A stretch of DNA of 64,000 nt from Dictyostelium discoideum. Lineage: Eukaryota. Numbering within the stretch: the stretch's first letter is position 1; each line of letters opens with the position of its first letter. The position numbers were made by a program, and so were the translations under genes. The notes beneath the pieces were generated by a model. That model saw only the letters and a list, made by a program, of their open reading frames with translations, was not told the DNA's origin and did not search any database. The stretch lies in NCBI GenBank assembly GCA_000004695.1, contig CM000153.2, forward strand, positions 768,001 through 832,000, written 5' to 3'. Below are positions 1 through 17,262 of this stretch, piece after piece.

Positions 1-47
1 AAAGCTTTTTGTGTTAAAATCTAAAAAAAAAAACCAGATTTAAATTT

Positions 48-91
<44 letters not shown>

Positions 92-531
92 TTGTATTTT
101 TTGGGTGATACACAAATTCAAAATGCTCCAATGGAAATTTTAGAACCTTTGTTATGCACTTTAATTGCTCTGATAGTCAAGAAATTTCGGCTTCATTAGT
201 TTCAGATAATGCTTGTATTTATACAGTAGAAATGAGTGGAAAAGTTTTTTGTCCCACAACTCCAACCACATCAAATAGTATTTCAATAATCAGTTCAAAA
301 ACAACCATTTGGATATATATATTTCAATTCCTAATATATACCTATATCTTTTCAATTTATAATTGAAATATAATAATGCCCCCTCTTTGCATTCTCAATA
401 ACGTATCCCCCCACTCATTTTATTAATAATAAAATAATCATAATATTACAAAAATAAATTCACTTATTTCTGTTGATTATTGTTTTTTTTTTGTATTTTT
501 TTATATTTTTTTTTTTGTATTTTTTGATTTA

Positions 532-3657
<3,126 letters not shown>

Positions 3658-4704
3658 TATATATATAAATATATATAAATATATAAACTGGGTTTATTAA
3701 AATGAAATTTTTAAAAAAAAAAAATAAAAAATAAAAAATAAAAAATAATAATAATAAAAAAAAAATAAAAAAAAATAAAAATAAAAATTTATACCAGTAT
3801 TACCATATGGTATAACCTGTATTATGATTTTATTTTTTTTTTTTTGTTTTTATTTATTATTTATTTTTTTATTTATTTTTATTTTTATTTTTATTTTTAT
3901 TTTTAACAAAATAAATTAATAACTGTTATTAGATTGATTTTAATTTTTTACGCACGAGCACAACACACACACACACCACAAACAAATAAATAAATAAATA
4001 AAATAAATATAACCTATAACTGACAAATCATATGATACTTTTTTTTTTATTATTTTTATTATTTTATTATTTTTTTTTTTTTGTTTTTTGTTTTTTGTTT
4101 TTTGTTTTTTTTTTTTAATATTAATATATGATGTGTGCAATTATGGTTTAGTAATTCGAAATGTATCACTTTGGGAAGTTTCAAAAACACAAAATATAAA
4201 ATAATTATTTAAGTAATTAATGGTGCTATTGCTGGGAAATGAAAAAAAAAAAAAAAAAAATTTTTAAGCTGTTGTGTGTTGTTGATAAATTTCGAAAAAA
4301 AAAAAAAAAAAATGAAAAAAAAATAAAATAAAAAAAAAAGATATTTTTGAAATTTTATTAATTTAATTAATTTATGTCATTAATTAATTATTTTCTGCCC
4401 ATTTTTTTTGTATATATTTTATTCATTTTTTTTTTTTTTTTCATTTTTTCTTTCTTTTTTTTTTTTTTTTTTTTTTTTAATTATTTATATTTATTTTTTT
4501 CAATTATTTAAATTAAAATGAGACGAGATGATGATTAAAAATTTATTGATTGATTTTTTTGATGAAAAAAAAAAAAAAAAGATTTTTTTTGACATCCAGA
4601 TATTTTTCATTTTTTTTTTTCATTTTTTATTTATTTTAATTTTATTTTATTTTTCTATACATATTCTTTTTTTATTTTATATTTAATATTTTATTGCTTC
4701 TATA

Positions 4705-4735
<31 letters not shown>

Positions 4736-4789
4736 TACTACAATATTTTTAATTATTATTTATTTTAATTTTTTTTTTTTTTTTTTATA

Positions 4790-6369
4790 TTAAATTAAAA
4801 ATTGTATAAAGAATAAAAAAGTAATAAAATAAAAAGAAGAGAAATATATTATCGATGAGGAAGAAGGTTCACCACTTTCATCAGAATCAGAGCTACTATT
4901 ATTATTGATACTATCATTATAAGTATATGTGAAAACTTGTTTAAATTGGAAATTACTGCCGAAATAAGCAACAAAAGTTTTATTTGCACCAGTACCTTTT
5001 GGAATTGATAATTCAATTTGTCTATTTGGTATAGTTATAGTAATAGTTGGTATTGATAATTCTGAATCTGAATTTGAGTTTGAATCATTTGATGATGATT
5101 TATAATACCAACCGAAATCAGTACCACTAATAGTTATAATTGAAGAACCATCAATTTTAACGATTTTATTATAACTTGTATCAAATGAAAAAGTTGGACA
5201 GTTGGTAGCAACAGAATTTGAATTGAAATCTGTGAAATTGTTTGGTAACAAATATTTAGTACCAATTGAATTTGCACCACTACAACTGAAACAACTTGGA
5301 ATTGAGCCGGACAATAAATTACCACCGACTCCTAATACACCATCCCTAAATTGGCAGTAACTCGATGGTAATGATCCAACTAAATTATTCTTTCTTTCAA
5401 CATTAAAACTATCCATTTTTACATAATCAATACCAGATTCACTTGACCATGGTAACTCTTGTTCCAAATCATTATTAACCATTGTAAATTCTAAAATATT
5501 CTTAAATGATAAATTATTTAAATTTACATTACAATTTGATAAACTTAATTTTGAATCAATTGGTAAATTTAAACATGGTTTTTTATTACACATTGTTAAA
5601 AAATCACAACCTTCTTCAAAATTACTTTTTTTTTTTAAAAAAAAAATAAATAATAAAATAAAATAAATAATAAAAGATTAGAATATATTTTTTTTTTTTT
5701 CATCCCCCATTCTCTGGGGTTTTAAAGGCATCGAATGTAGGTATGTGAAAAATATGGGGGTGTTTTTTTTTTTTTTTTTTTTTTTTAAAAAATACTTACA
5801 AAATTGAAGATGAATTTAATAATGAAAAATCAGTTAAACCAATTGAAGGATCTAATGTAAAACCTTTACCATAAATATTTAAATTTGATAAAGTTTTAAT
5901 TTGAGTAATTGATTGTAAGAAATTCCAAGTTTGGATATTACTACCAGTTGAATCAATTGGTGAATTTATAAATGTTATTGAAATTATTGATAATTTTTCA
6001 AATGGTGTTTGAAAATTTGGTAATTGAAAATCTTTATAATTTTCATTTGAGTTACGATCATTAAAAATATTTAAATTTAATTCAATTAATGCTTTTAAAT
6101 TATTTAAATCATTTGGAAATGATGATTGAATATATGATATTGGTAAAGACAATGATTTTAAATAATTATTCACTGGAAATGATGATGGTAATGAACTACC
6201 ATTATCAAAATTTATAATTACTAAATTTGAAATTTGACCACTTGAAAAGAAGTTTTCATTAATTCTAGTTGAAATAGTACCAAATTCAACACTATCTAAT
6301 GAATTTGGTAAATTTTGGTCACTTGGTATTGTTTCAATTTGATTTGAAATAACTCTAAAAAATAAAAAA

Positions 6370-6411
<42 letters not shown>

Positions 6412-6855
6412 GATTTATTAATATTTTCACACTTTTCGATCTTTTTTTTCGTTTTTTTTTTTTTTTTTTTCATTATTTTTAAAATTTTTTACATACAATT
6501 TTTTTAAATATTGGTAATTTGAAATATTATTAAAAAATGTTAATGATGATAAACCATTAGTTAATTCTAAAGTTGTTAAATTTATAAATGAAGTGAATGG
6601 TGAATTTATTACCATATTTGGTGGTGATGATGATGGAAATACAATTTCAGTAATTGTATAAACATTTGATGCCGAAACACCATCATTTATAGGTGCACAT
6701 TTAAATGATCCATATGAACAAATGTCATCAATTTTCGTTCCAAAAATTTCAACCATCATTGTATCAATTGCATCTTGTTGATCATTTGGTAAAGTATTTT
6801 GTGCATTATTAAAATAAACTAAATAAAAAATAAAAAATAAAAATATTATTTTCAT
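4790..6855 (-). CDS. Secreted or GPI-anchored leucine-rich-repeat-like cell-surface protein. Three exons: 6855..6497, 6354..5800, 5624..4790.
   Basis: N-terminal signal peptide 'MKIIFLFFIFYLVYFNNAQN'. Repeated L/N/S-rich ~24-aa segments ('LTNGLSSLTFFNNISN', 'LNNLKALIELNLNIF', 'IKTLSNLNIYGKGF'). Cys-containing middle ('SIPSCFSCSGANSIG'). Ser-rich stalk and hydrophobic C-terminus 'FSSFYFITFLFFIQFLI' (GPI-signal-like). Splice junctions (GTATGT, GTAAGT) give consistent phases 2 and 2. The exact acceptor of exon 3 is chosen only by frame. Confidence 0.6.
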
Positions 6856-7610
6856 TTTTATTTTATTTTATTTTCTTTTATATATAGATAATATATATAT
6901 ATATATATATACAAATATATTTATTTAAGTTTATAAAAATAAAAACAAAAAAAAAAAAAATAAAAAAAAAAAAAAAAAAAAACAAATTACTGTAAAAAAA
7001 AAAAAAAAATAAAAAAAAAAAATAAATAAAAATAAAAAAATAAAAATAATTTTTTGATTTACACTAAAATTCAATCAATTCAAATAAAAAGCATTTCAGT
7101 TATTATAGATTTGACCAAATTTATTTAGAAAAAGAGAAAAAAAAAAAAAAAAAAATTGTAATAGGTAATGGATTGCTTTATTATAAAATTTTTTTTTTTT
7201 TTCGTGTGACTATTGGAAAATATCTTTTATCGACTGGAATCAAAAAAAAAATCAAAAAAAAAAATAATAAAATTAAATTCAAAAAAAAATTTTCATAAAA
7301 AAAAAAAAAAAAAATTGTTTCCAATAATGTTTTCAATTTTTGTTTTCACAATCTTGATATTATTAAGACGAGAGGTTTGGCGAGAGTTAATTTTCCCCAA
7401 CCAATCAATCAACCAACCAATCAATCAACCAATCAATCAAAAAAAAAAAAAAATAATAAAAAAAAAAATAAAAAAAAAATAAAAAAATAAAAATGAACAG
7501 AAAGTGTCGTCTGGAAAATTAAAATGTGAGAAATTATAATTTTAGTTATTTTTTATTTACAGAGGTTATATTCTTTTTTTTTTTTTTTTTGGTTTGTATA
7601 TATTTTTTTT

Positions 7611-7652
<42 letters not shown>

Positions 7653-7936
7653 CTTTGGGTTATTATTATTTTAAAATTATTTCTATTTACAATGACATGT
7701 ATGTAAAAGTTTGTTTATTTAATGCATTCTTATACCAATGTAATTGAAAAAACATAAACTATGTAAACTACTACTATTACTATTACTACTGCTCTTTTTT
7801 TTTTTTTTTTTTAAAAATTTTTTTTTTTAATGTTTTTTTTTTTTTCAAAAAAGTAATACTTTTTTTTTTAAGAAAAATATTACACTAAATGGATATATTA
7901 ATTTTTTTTTTTTTTTTTGTATATTATATTATTATT

Positions 7937-8430
7937 TTAATGAATCAATTCCAATTTTCTTTTCTTCAAAAATAAATCATCATTTAGATTTGAAGATGAA
8001 GAAGTTGGACTTGTTAAAGTTGAGGAAGAATTACTATTACTATTACTATTATATAAACTGATTGGAGGTAATAAAATACTTCTTGAACTATTATTTTGAT
8101 TATTATTATTCGTGTTCGTATTATTGCTATTATTATTATTATTATTTTGGTTATTATTTTGATTATTATTATTTTGATTATTATTTTCATTAAAAATGAG
8201 AGGTGGTAAAGATTTTGATTTTTGTTGGCTATTTGGTGATGTTTGTAAAGTATTTGTATTGGTTGATGAAAATGGTGGAGTTCTTGGTGATGTCATTGGT
8301 GAGGTATCTTCTGGTGATGAGCAAAATAATTTTGAAGCATTATGTAAAGAGAGTAAAGCTTGTGTTGCTTGAGTCGAATCAAATGCTGGTACTTGTTGAC
8401 ATTTGCTTGGTGGTGATCCAATTGGAGACA

Positions 8431-8506
<76 letters not shown>

Positions 8507-9057
8507 TGTATTATTATTGTTTGTATTATTATTATTATTATTATTGTTGTTGTTGTTGCTATTATTATTATTATTGCTACTGTTATTATTATTATTATTA
8601 TTAGATAAATGTGAACTATAATTATTATAATGATTATGATTTTCTTGAGTTTGGGATGGTTTTATTGATAAAATTGGTTTATTTATATGTTGACTGCTAT
8701 TAAATTGAGAATTATTATTATTATTATTACTATTTAATTTCAAATTATTGTGATTATAATGATTATTGTGTCCATTTATATTATTACTGTTATTATAGTT
8801 ATTATGGTTATTATTATGATTATTATTATTATTATTACTATTATTATTATATTGATGGTGGTGATGATGATGATTATGGTGATTGTATCCTAATAATTCT
8901 GGTGTCGATGATGGTGATTTATGATCCTCTTCTTCAGAGTGTGATGCTGTATCGCCACCAATATAGTCATCATTAAAGTCACCTTTTTCTTTTTTATTAA
9001 ATATTTTATCATACTATATGGAAAATTAAAAGTTAATTAGTATTCCAAATTATTTTT

Positions 9058-9104
<47 letters not shown>

Positions 9105-9399
9105 TTTTTTTTTAGATTTTTTTTTTTTTACATACGTCATGGTCAGTAAACTTTTGGGAAATTTCTGGACCCAAATCTGGAATTGATTCCATTGGTGATG
9201 GTAAACCAGAACTAATATATTGGAAATATTTCTCTTTGGCATTTGGTGAATTATTTACAATGACAAGAGAAACTGTAGAGTCACAGAGTAATGCCAATTC
9301 CATTGCCTTTTTAATTAAGCCATTCTTTCTTTTGTTGAATGTAACTTGACGATTTCTTTCGTCTGGAATTCTTTGGATCTTAATTTTCTTTCTACCCAT
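7937..9399 (-). CDS. MADS-box transcription factor, MEF2-type. Two exons: 9399..9136 and 9013..7937.
   Basis: N-terminus '[40 protein letters not shown]' is a canonical MEF2-class MADS box. Exon 1 ends at a GTATGT donor after '...FTDHD'. Exon 2 starts after a '..atatag' acceptor and encodes a long poly-N/Q/H activation-like region. The frame is continuous into ORF 7937..8743. Confidence 0.8.
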
Positions 9400-9592
9400 T
9401 TTAATTTATTAATTGTTTTGATTATTTGGTTGATTGATTTGATTTGATTGATATATGGAAAAAAAGTGTGAATAAATAAATAAAATATTATTTCACTATT
9501 ATTATTATTTGTAGATGATTAGTAAATTTTTTATTTAAATTATATATAAAATAAATGAATAAATAAAAAATTAAAAAATTAAAAAAAAACCC

Positions 9593-9623
<31 letters not shown>

Positions 9624-9712
9624 AGTTAAAATTAAAATTAAAATTAAAAAAAACAATTTTTTAAAAGTTTTAATTAAAAAAATTTAAAAAAAAATTTTTT
9701 TTTTAAAATGGG

Positions 9713-9745
<33 letters not shown>

Positions 9746-10732
9746 TGAAGTGGCAAAGGAAAAAAAAATGAAAAAAAAATGAAAAAAAAAATAAAAAAAA
9801 TAAAAAAAAAGATAAATTTGGAAATCAGACAAGATTGTAAATAAAGAGGATGTGTGGTGTGTGTGTGTGTTTGTGTTTTTAAAGGGAGGCTTAATATAAT
9901 AATTACCTTTTTTTAAAATAAAGATGAAAATGAAATTTCTATAGTTGGTTCAAATGTTGTCTTTACTGGAATTAAATTAATCTACTAATTAAATATAGAT
10001 TTTACTATTATTAATTTTTTTTTTTTTTTAAAAATTTTTTTTTTTTTTTTTTTTTAAGATTTAAAATTAAAAAAAAAAAAATAAATAAAATTTTAAAGAA
10101 AAAAAAAAATAAATGTTAAATTTGTACAAAGATACTAAAAAATTTAAAAGAATTAAATATAATTAATTAATAAATAAATAATTATTTAATTGAAAAAAAA
10201 TAAAAAAAAACAAAAAAAGATAAAATTTAAAAATATATTTGTGTTTTGAAAAAAAAAAAAAAAAATAAAAAAAGAAAAAAATTTTATTTTATTTAGAAAA
10301 CAAAAATAACAAAAATAGAAAATGCCTTGAAATTAAATTTTTTTTTTTATAAAAAAAAATAAAAATAAAAAAAAAAAAAATAAAAAAAAAATAAAAAAAA
10401 TAAAAAATCCAATTTGATAAAAATCGCGACATCCTTATTATTTAGAAGGTCTACTGTTTTTTTTTTTTATGAAGATTATGTGGCCAGGAATTTTAAAAAT
10501 TGGTTTATTTTGGGAACTGTTTTGATAACATTATGATGTGCTGGTGGTGAATTTTTTTTTTATTTTTTTTTTTTTTTGTTTTGCCTGTACATTTTCTATA
10601 AATAAACCAAAAAAAAAAAAAAATAAAATAAAATAAAAAAAATAAAATTTTTAACTTAAACAGAAAAAAAATTAAAAAAAAAAAAAAAAAAGTTATGATT
10701 TATGTGTTACAATTATTTTTTGCAAAAATTTA

Positions 10733-10764
<32 letters not shown>

Positions 10765-11197
10765 GTTTATAAAAAATAATTATTGTAATTGTTATATTAT
10801 TGGAAAAAAAAAAAAATAATAAAAAAAATAAAAATATAAAAACCAAAAAAAAAAAAAAAAAAATAAAAATCCAATTTTTTTAAAAAAGCAACGTTGGGGA
10901 TAATTTTAAATAAGGTTGTAACAAAAATATTTAGAGTCTTTTCATCACATTTGTGGTGGGTTACAAGTGATATAAATAAACAAATAACGAAGGATTTTTT
11001 TTTTTTTAAAAAAAAAAAAAGTTATATAAATAAAAAAATATGGTTATATGTTTAAAAAAAAAAAAAAAAAAAAAAAAATTTAAAAAAAATAAAAATACTT
11101 TTTTTTTTATTTTGACTGTTTTTTGATTTTGATTTAGGGATATTTTTTGGGAAAATGTTCGGAAACAAAATTTATAAATAGTTTTTGGGTGAGAGAG

Positions 11198-11230
<33 letters not shown>

Positions 11231-11279
11231 TTAAAATAAAAAAAAATGGTTTTTAAAAAAAAAAAATTTTTTTTTAAAC

Positions 11280-11331
<52 letters not shown>

Positions 11332-14300
11332 TTAGTTTATGAAAATAAAAAATAAAAAATAAATGAAATTTAAAAAAAAAAAAAAAACCAGCAACAAATT
11401 AAATTTTCATATTAAAGTACGCTGTAGAAGATATGTTGTTAAAGGCTGTGGGCGTTCTTTTTTTTTTTTTTTTTTTTTTTTATTTTTAATCTATTTGATT
11501 ATGCACAGGGTAAAAAGGTATGAAGATTAAAAGAAAAAAAAAAAAAAAAAAAAAAATTAAAAATAAAAATAAAAACACTCAACAAAAAAAAATCCAAAAA
11601 ACACAAATTTATTTTTATACACAGAGTACTGATAAAGTTTGGAAAAAAAAAAAAAAAAAAAATATTTTTTGCCAGTAAAATTTAAAAAAAGTTGTTTTTT
11701 GATGGTGAATTAAATTGTCATATGATTGTAAGGGTTGACACCATAATTTAATATTAAAAATAGATTTGTACCAGATTTATGTGAAAATTAAAAATCAAAA
11801 ATAAAAAAAAAAATAAAAAAAAATAAAAATAAAAATTCTATAATTATTTTTTTTTTTTTTTTTTTGATATTTTGAAATGGGGAAAATGGTGCGGTAAAGG
11901 TGTGATGTTATAGTAAAATTCGAGAGTGTGTTCTTATTTTTTTTTATTTTTTTTTTTTTTTGTATAACGACAAGTATAAAGGTTACAACAAAAATTTAAA
12001 AATAATTTTTTTTTTTGAAAATTTAAAAATAAATTATTTTTTTTAATGAAAAATGGCGAATCAATTTCGCAACATTGCGAACTGTTGGGACACCCAAAAA
12101 TTACTCTTTTTTTTTATTTTTTTTTTTTTATTTTTTATAAATATAGAAATTATGGTATTATCTTTTTTTTTTTTTTTTATTTCTTCTTACCTCTTTTTTT
12201 TATTTTTTTATTTTTTTTTTTAAAAAAAATTAATTTATTGAGTAAAATATTTTTTTTATTTTTTTTTTTATTATTGGAATATTTTGGCTTTTATAAAAAT
12301 TATTTTTAAAATAAATTTTTTTTTTTTTTTTTTTAAATTTAACAAAATAATAAAATTAAAATATATATTTTAATAAATTTTTTAATTTTATTTATTTAAA
12401 AAAGTAATTTTTTTTTCTTTTTGGGTTATTAAATAAAAAAATAAAATAAAAATTTTTTATTTATATATATATTTATATATATAAGTATAAATATAAATAA
12501 GTTTTTTTAATTTTTTTTTAATTTTTTTTATTAATTAAATTTAAAATATTTTTGTTTTATATAATTATTATTTAGTTCGAATATTGACAATAATAAATAA
12601 CACGAAGATTCGATTAGAGATATAATTGTGTAGTGAGTTTGTATGGGTTGAAATTTTATTGCTTGGAATTTGAAAAAGAACAATTAAAACACATAATGGT
12701 GCAATTATTATTATTTTTTCATTTTATTGAAAAAAAAAAATAAAAAAAAAAAACAATGTGAATAAATAATAAAAGTGTTTTTAAAATAGATTATTATATT
12801 TTTTTTTTTTTTTTATAAAATTTTAAAATATGATAAAAAAAATAAAATCATCATTTCTATTGTTATTTATTTTTTTTTTTTAAAAAAAAAATAGATTAAA
12901 AGGGGTGTGGGAATTGGGGTTTATTTATTTTTTTTTATTTTTTTTATTTTTATAATTATTATTATTTTTAAAAAATGTGGTTTTCCATTGTAATAATTAC
13001 TATTTTTTAAAAATAATGTAATGATAGCGATAAAATAAATAAAAAAATAAATAAATAGATTAAAAATAATAAAAATAAAACTAATAAATAATTTTTAAAA
13101 TTTTTTTTTAAAAAAAATAAAATAAAATAAAATAACTTGAATATGAAAAAACAATAAAAATAAAAATAATACTAATACTAATATTAATTAATTTTCCAAG
13201 GACGAATTAATTAAAAAAACAAAAAAAAAAAAAGTGTTGTTTTTTTTATATTACCTTTTTTTTTTAATATTTTTATTAAAATAAATTATTAAATCTATTT
13301 ATAAAAATATTTGTATTGGTTACTAGCAATGAGATTTGATTAAATATTAATTTCGATTTTTTAATTTTATTATAATTAAATTTATTTATTAATTTATTAT
13401 TATTATTATTATTATTATTCAAAAATGAAATATAATTTTTTAAAAAAAAAAAAAAAAAAATTAAAAGTTTATTTTTTTTTTTTTTTAATTAATGATTTTA
13501 TTTTTAAATTTTTTAAATTTTTTATTTTTTTTAAAATTAGATTTATTTATATTTTTAATAATTAAAAAAAAAAAAAAAAAAGAAGATGGTATTTGTTCTT
13601 TTTTTTTTTTTATTGAAAAAGAGAAAAAAAAAAAAAACAAAAATTTAAATTTATACGGATTTAAAAATAATATTTTAATAAAAAAAAAAAAAAAATTTAT
13701 TTTTATTTTTAATTATTGTGTTATTATGATGAATCTAGGTGTTTTGATGATTGCTCTAAAAAAAAAAAAAAAAAAATATTTATTTATTTTTTATTTTTTT
13801 TTATTTTTTTTTTTGTAACTTTTGATTTTGGAGAGAGAGTCTTTTAAGTTAGAGCGGTGTTATACTGTCATTTGTTGATAGGGGACCTCGCGAAACCTTC
13901 TAAAAAAAAAAAAATTGTTGTGAGTATTGTTTTTGTCACCCAATAGATTAAATGATCCATAATGGGAATTGATAATGAATGATGTTGTGTGAGCTTGTCA
14001 AAAATAAAATTATTTTAATTTATAAAAATAAAAATAAAAATAAAAAAAAAATACTTTTCGAACGAATGTTGTCATTTTTCGAATTTAAATAAAAATTATG
14101 CCAATAATTTTTAAAAAGGAAATTAGGTTTTCCTTTTTTAGACTCTTGATTTTTTATTTTATTTTTATTTATTTTTTTTTACCCATTACATTATACCAAA
14201 ATTTCTTTTTGATGATATCATTTTTTTTTAAATTTATTTATTAAATTAATTTTATTTAATATTATTTTAAATTTTTTTTTTTTATTTTTTTTTTTTCAAA

Positions 14301-14510
14301 CTCAATTACTTAATCATTCAATTTAATTATAATGATTTTTGGAATCCAATTCCTTTAATAGGTATCAATTATTATTAAATTAACCAACAAAATAATATAA
14401 AATTAAATTAAAAAAGGTACTAGAACCACAATTCTTTTTTTTTTTTTATTTTCATTTTTTTTTTTTATTTTGGGACATGTTAAAATAAAATAAAAAAAAA
14501 TTTGAAAAAA

Positions 14511-14541
<31 letters not shown>

Positions 14542-15152
14542 CCGTTAGGGGAATGTTCTTGATGTCTTTTTAGCGTTATAATTATTTAAAAAATAAATAA
14601 TTTAAAATAAAAAAAAAAATAAAAAAAAAAATAAAAAAAATAAAATATCATCTATTTAAATATAATTCCGCAAAAATTACATTACACGATCTATAGATTG
14701 TTTTTTTAAATTTTTGTACAACCATAATCATAATGTCTATTTTTATATAGAATTGAAGTAAAAATGATGATTTTTTTTTTTTTTTTTTTGTTAATTCTTT
14801 AATCAGTTTTTTTTATTATTAGAATTTAATTTAAAAGTATTAATATTTTTTTTTTTCTTTATTATTATTGATTTTTTCTAATATTTTTATTTTTACCTTT
14901 TTTATAATGATTTTTGATTTTTCTATTATTGTTGTTATTTTTTTTTTTTTAATTATTTTTAAAAATAAAAATAGGATTTCTTAAAAAAATAATCTTTTTT
15001 TTTTTTTTTTTGCATTTTTTCCTCTTATTTTAATTAATTTCATTTTCATTTTATTAAAAAAAATTAATAATTTTATTTTTATTATTTTATTATTATTTTA
15101 TTTTTATTTATAATTTTTTTTTTGCATTTTTTCCTCTTATTTTAATTAATTT

Positions 15153-15196
<44 letters not shown>

Positions 15197-15266
15197 GCAT
15201 TTATGAAAAAAAAAAGCGACCCATACAAAAATACACATACACACACAATAAAATAAATATATAAAT
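9400..15266. other. ~5.9 kb ORF-free, extremely AT-rich intergenic region upstream of the MADS-box gene, with short islands of normal base composition
   Basis: No credible ORF. Islands of non-AT-rich sequence lie at about 10421-10540, 10875-10985, 11398-11530, 11690-11780, 11870-11935, 12040-12110, 12575-12720 and 13820-13990. They are candidate non-coding leader exons, alternative promoters or small RNA genes. Confidence 0.4.
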
Positions 15267-15636
15267 ATGAAAAAAGATAAAAAAGAAACTAGTAGTAATA
15301 GTAAGAAAGTTGATAGAGTTGCATTTGATGAAGAAGAGATTAGACAAGAGATTGTTAGTATTTTAGATTCAACAGCAATAGAAGTTCACAAAGATTGGCA
15401 AAAGAAATTGGATTATCAAAGATTTAAAAAAGAATATGAAACAGTTGTGGACGATTTACCAAATGTTATAAATATATTTATTAAACTGGAAGAAATTTGG
15501 AACATAAATAAATTTTTAGAAAATCCAACTCATTTCATTAACCTCTTTCAAATTATGTCTTATAGAATAGAACATACAATTATAACTTATGATGTAGAAG
15601 AATTAAAAACAATTGTAATATTAAATATAAATTTAT

Positions 15637-15689
<53 letters not shown>

Positions 15690-16202
15690 GTATTTATTAA
15701 CTTTCTAACCATACATTCATATATAGCATCATGTAAATATGTTTTTAATAGGGACTTTATTGAAATTAATTTGTCAAATTTCGGTACTAGTTGCATATTT
15801 AGATATTACTCAACCAAAATACGAAGAAAACAGTCATACAAAACAATTAATTAGAGTTTTAGTTGAAGGTTTTATGAAATTTGTAAAAAGTTTAACAATC
15901 CAATATAGATCGATTCAATTTCATGATACACATATAATTGCACCACAAAAAGTAAATATATTTATTAAACGACAATAATTAAAATTAATATGTAATACTA
16001 ATACCATAAATAATCATTAATACTATAGTTAAAAAAGTATCCAATGGTAGAAGATATTAAAACATTATCAGATTCTTATATTCATTCAAATGTATTTGCA
16101 TCCCTATCGGCGATAAAAGAAATTAAACATATTTTATATTGTTTTTATAATTTTTTAAGAATTAATAAAGATAACTGGAAAGAAGTCCATGATTCTCTAT
16201 AA
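15267..16202 (+). CDS. Hypothetical protein with a His-tract. Proposed exons: 15267..15614 (or ..15689), 15727..15951, 16029..16202.
   Basis: Exon 1 is a long ORF from ATG 15267 ('MKKDKKETSSNSKKVDRVAFDEEEIRQEIVSILD...'). A second coding segment in another frame ('...LIGTLLKLICQISVLVAYLDITQPKYEENSHTKQLIRVLVEGFMKF...APQK') ends at a GTAAAT donor at 15952. It joins in phase to a third exon after 'tactatag' at 16028 ('LKKYPMVEDIKTLSDSYIHSNVFASLSAIKEIKHILYCFYNFLRINKDNWKEVHDSL*'). The junction between exon 1 and exon 2 is ambiguous. Either a 112-nt intron from 15615 that contains (CAT)16, or a 37-nt intron from 15690 that leaves (CAT)16 coding as poly-His. Confidence 0.45.
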
Positions 16203-16732
16203 AATTAAATAAATTTTTTTTTTTTGTTAAATATATATATAATTATTTTTGAAACACATATATTTATTATTATATCATAAAAATCAAAAAAAAAAAAAAA
16301 AAAAAAAAAGACATCCAATCTATTTTTGTTTTCTTGTTTTTTGTTTTTTGTTTTTTTGTTGTCGTTTTATTATTTTTATTTTTTTTTATTTGTTTTTTTT
16401 TTTTATAGGACTGTACTGGCTGTGGTAGTGGTAGTAGTAGTTAGAGTAGTGGTGATACTTTCAACTAAAAATAAAAAATTAAATAATTCTTATTCCAATA
16501 TTACAAAAAATAATAATTATAATAATAGTCACCAACAAATTATGGTAGTTAATAATTATATAATTAAGGTTGTTGTTATTTTTGGAATATCCTCACTTTT
16601 GGAAATTGATGCTCTAACAAATAACACTTAACAACAATAATAAGATTGCAATGATAGATTTAAATGATAATATCATTTTTTAATTTTTTTTAAATTATTA
16701 AACTGTCAATAAGTTAAAAGTAAGGTTACAAA

Positions 16733-16775
<43 letters not shown>

Positions 16776-17262
16776 ATTCACACAAATACACAAATACAAA
16801 TATTCGCACTGTTTACCACATTCACACGCTCACACACCCTTCCCTCATATAAAAATAAAGTACAATGTAAAACCGACACATTCTTTCATAAAAAAAGATT
16901 ATTACTAAAAAAAAAAAAATAAGATATATAAATTTGATTTTCTTTTTTTTTTTATTTTTTTAAATCTAAATGAATCATGGCGTTCAAAGAGAGTTGCCTT
17001 AGAATTCATACCCTCTATTATTCAAATTATTTTAAAATAACTTGTGTGGAGAGATTACACAATACCCTAAAAAAGAATTAATTTAGTTGTAATTAAATTT
17101 TTAAATAATTAAAATTAAAATATATTTTTAGACATTATTATTAATTATTTTATTATTATTTTTTATTTTTAAAATAAAAAAAAAAAAAAAAAAAAAAAAA
17201 CTATAAATATAATCAATAATTGTTATTAATTTCAAACAATTATTTATATATTTATAAAAAAA

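Noticed and set aside
7213-7747. Lys/Phe-rich ORFs in AT-rich spacers (7213..7482, 7526..7747, 12046..12309, 13492..13818, 16326..16631, 22729..23019, 54262..54492, 56440..56622, 61591..62044, 52583..52777)
   Set aside because: Homopolymer-driven (poly-A/T) open frames with no complexity, no start context and no splice partners. Expected by chance in more than 90% AT DNA.
9400-15266. Searched the long spacer and other intergenic islands for tRNA genes (GTTCGAAT/GTTCGATT T-loop with CCA-less acceptor stems), spliceosomal snRNAs and the class-I RNA 11-mer CCTTACAGCAA
   Set aside because: No convincing cloverleaf-compatible segment or conserved snRNA/class-I motif was found. Only partial matches turned up (e.g. 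'agttcgaatattg' at 12578), so no RNA gene is claimed.
15690-15726. 37-nt GT..AG segments as introns (15690..15726; also 'gtaaaccat...gtgggaag' near 34215)
   Set aside because: Too short for introns in this kind of genome. The 34215 candidate also fails to restore the reading frame, so it is not used in feature models.
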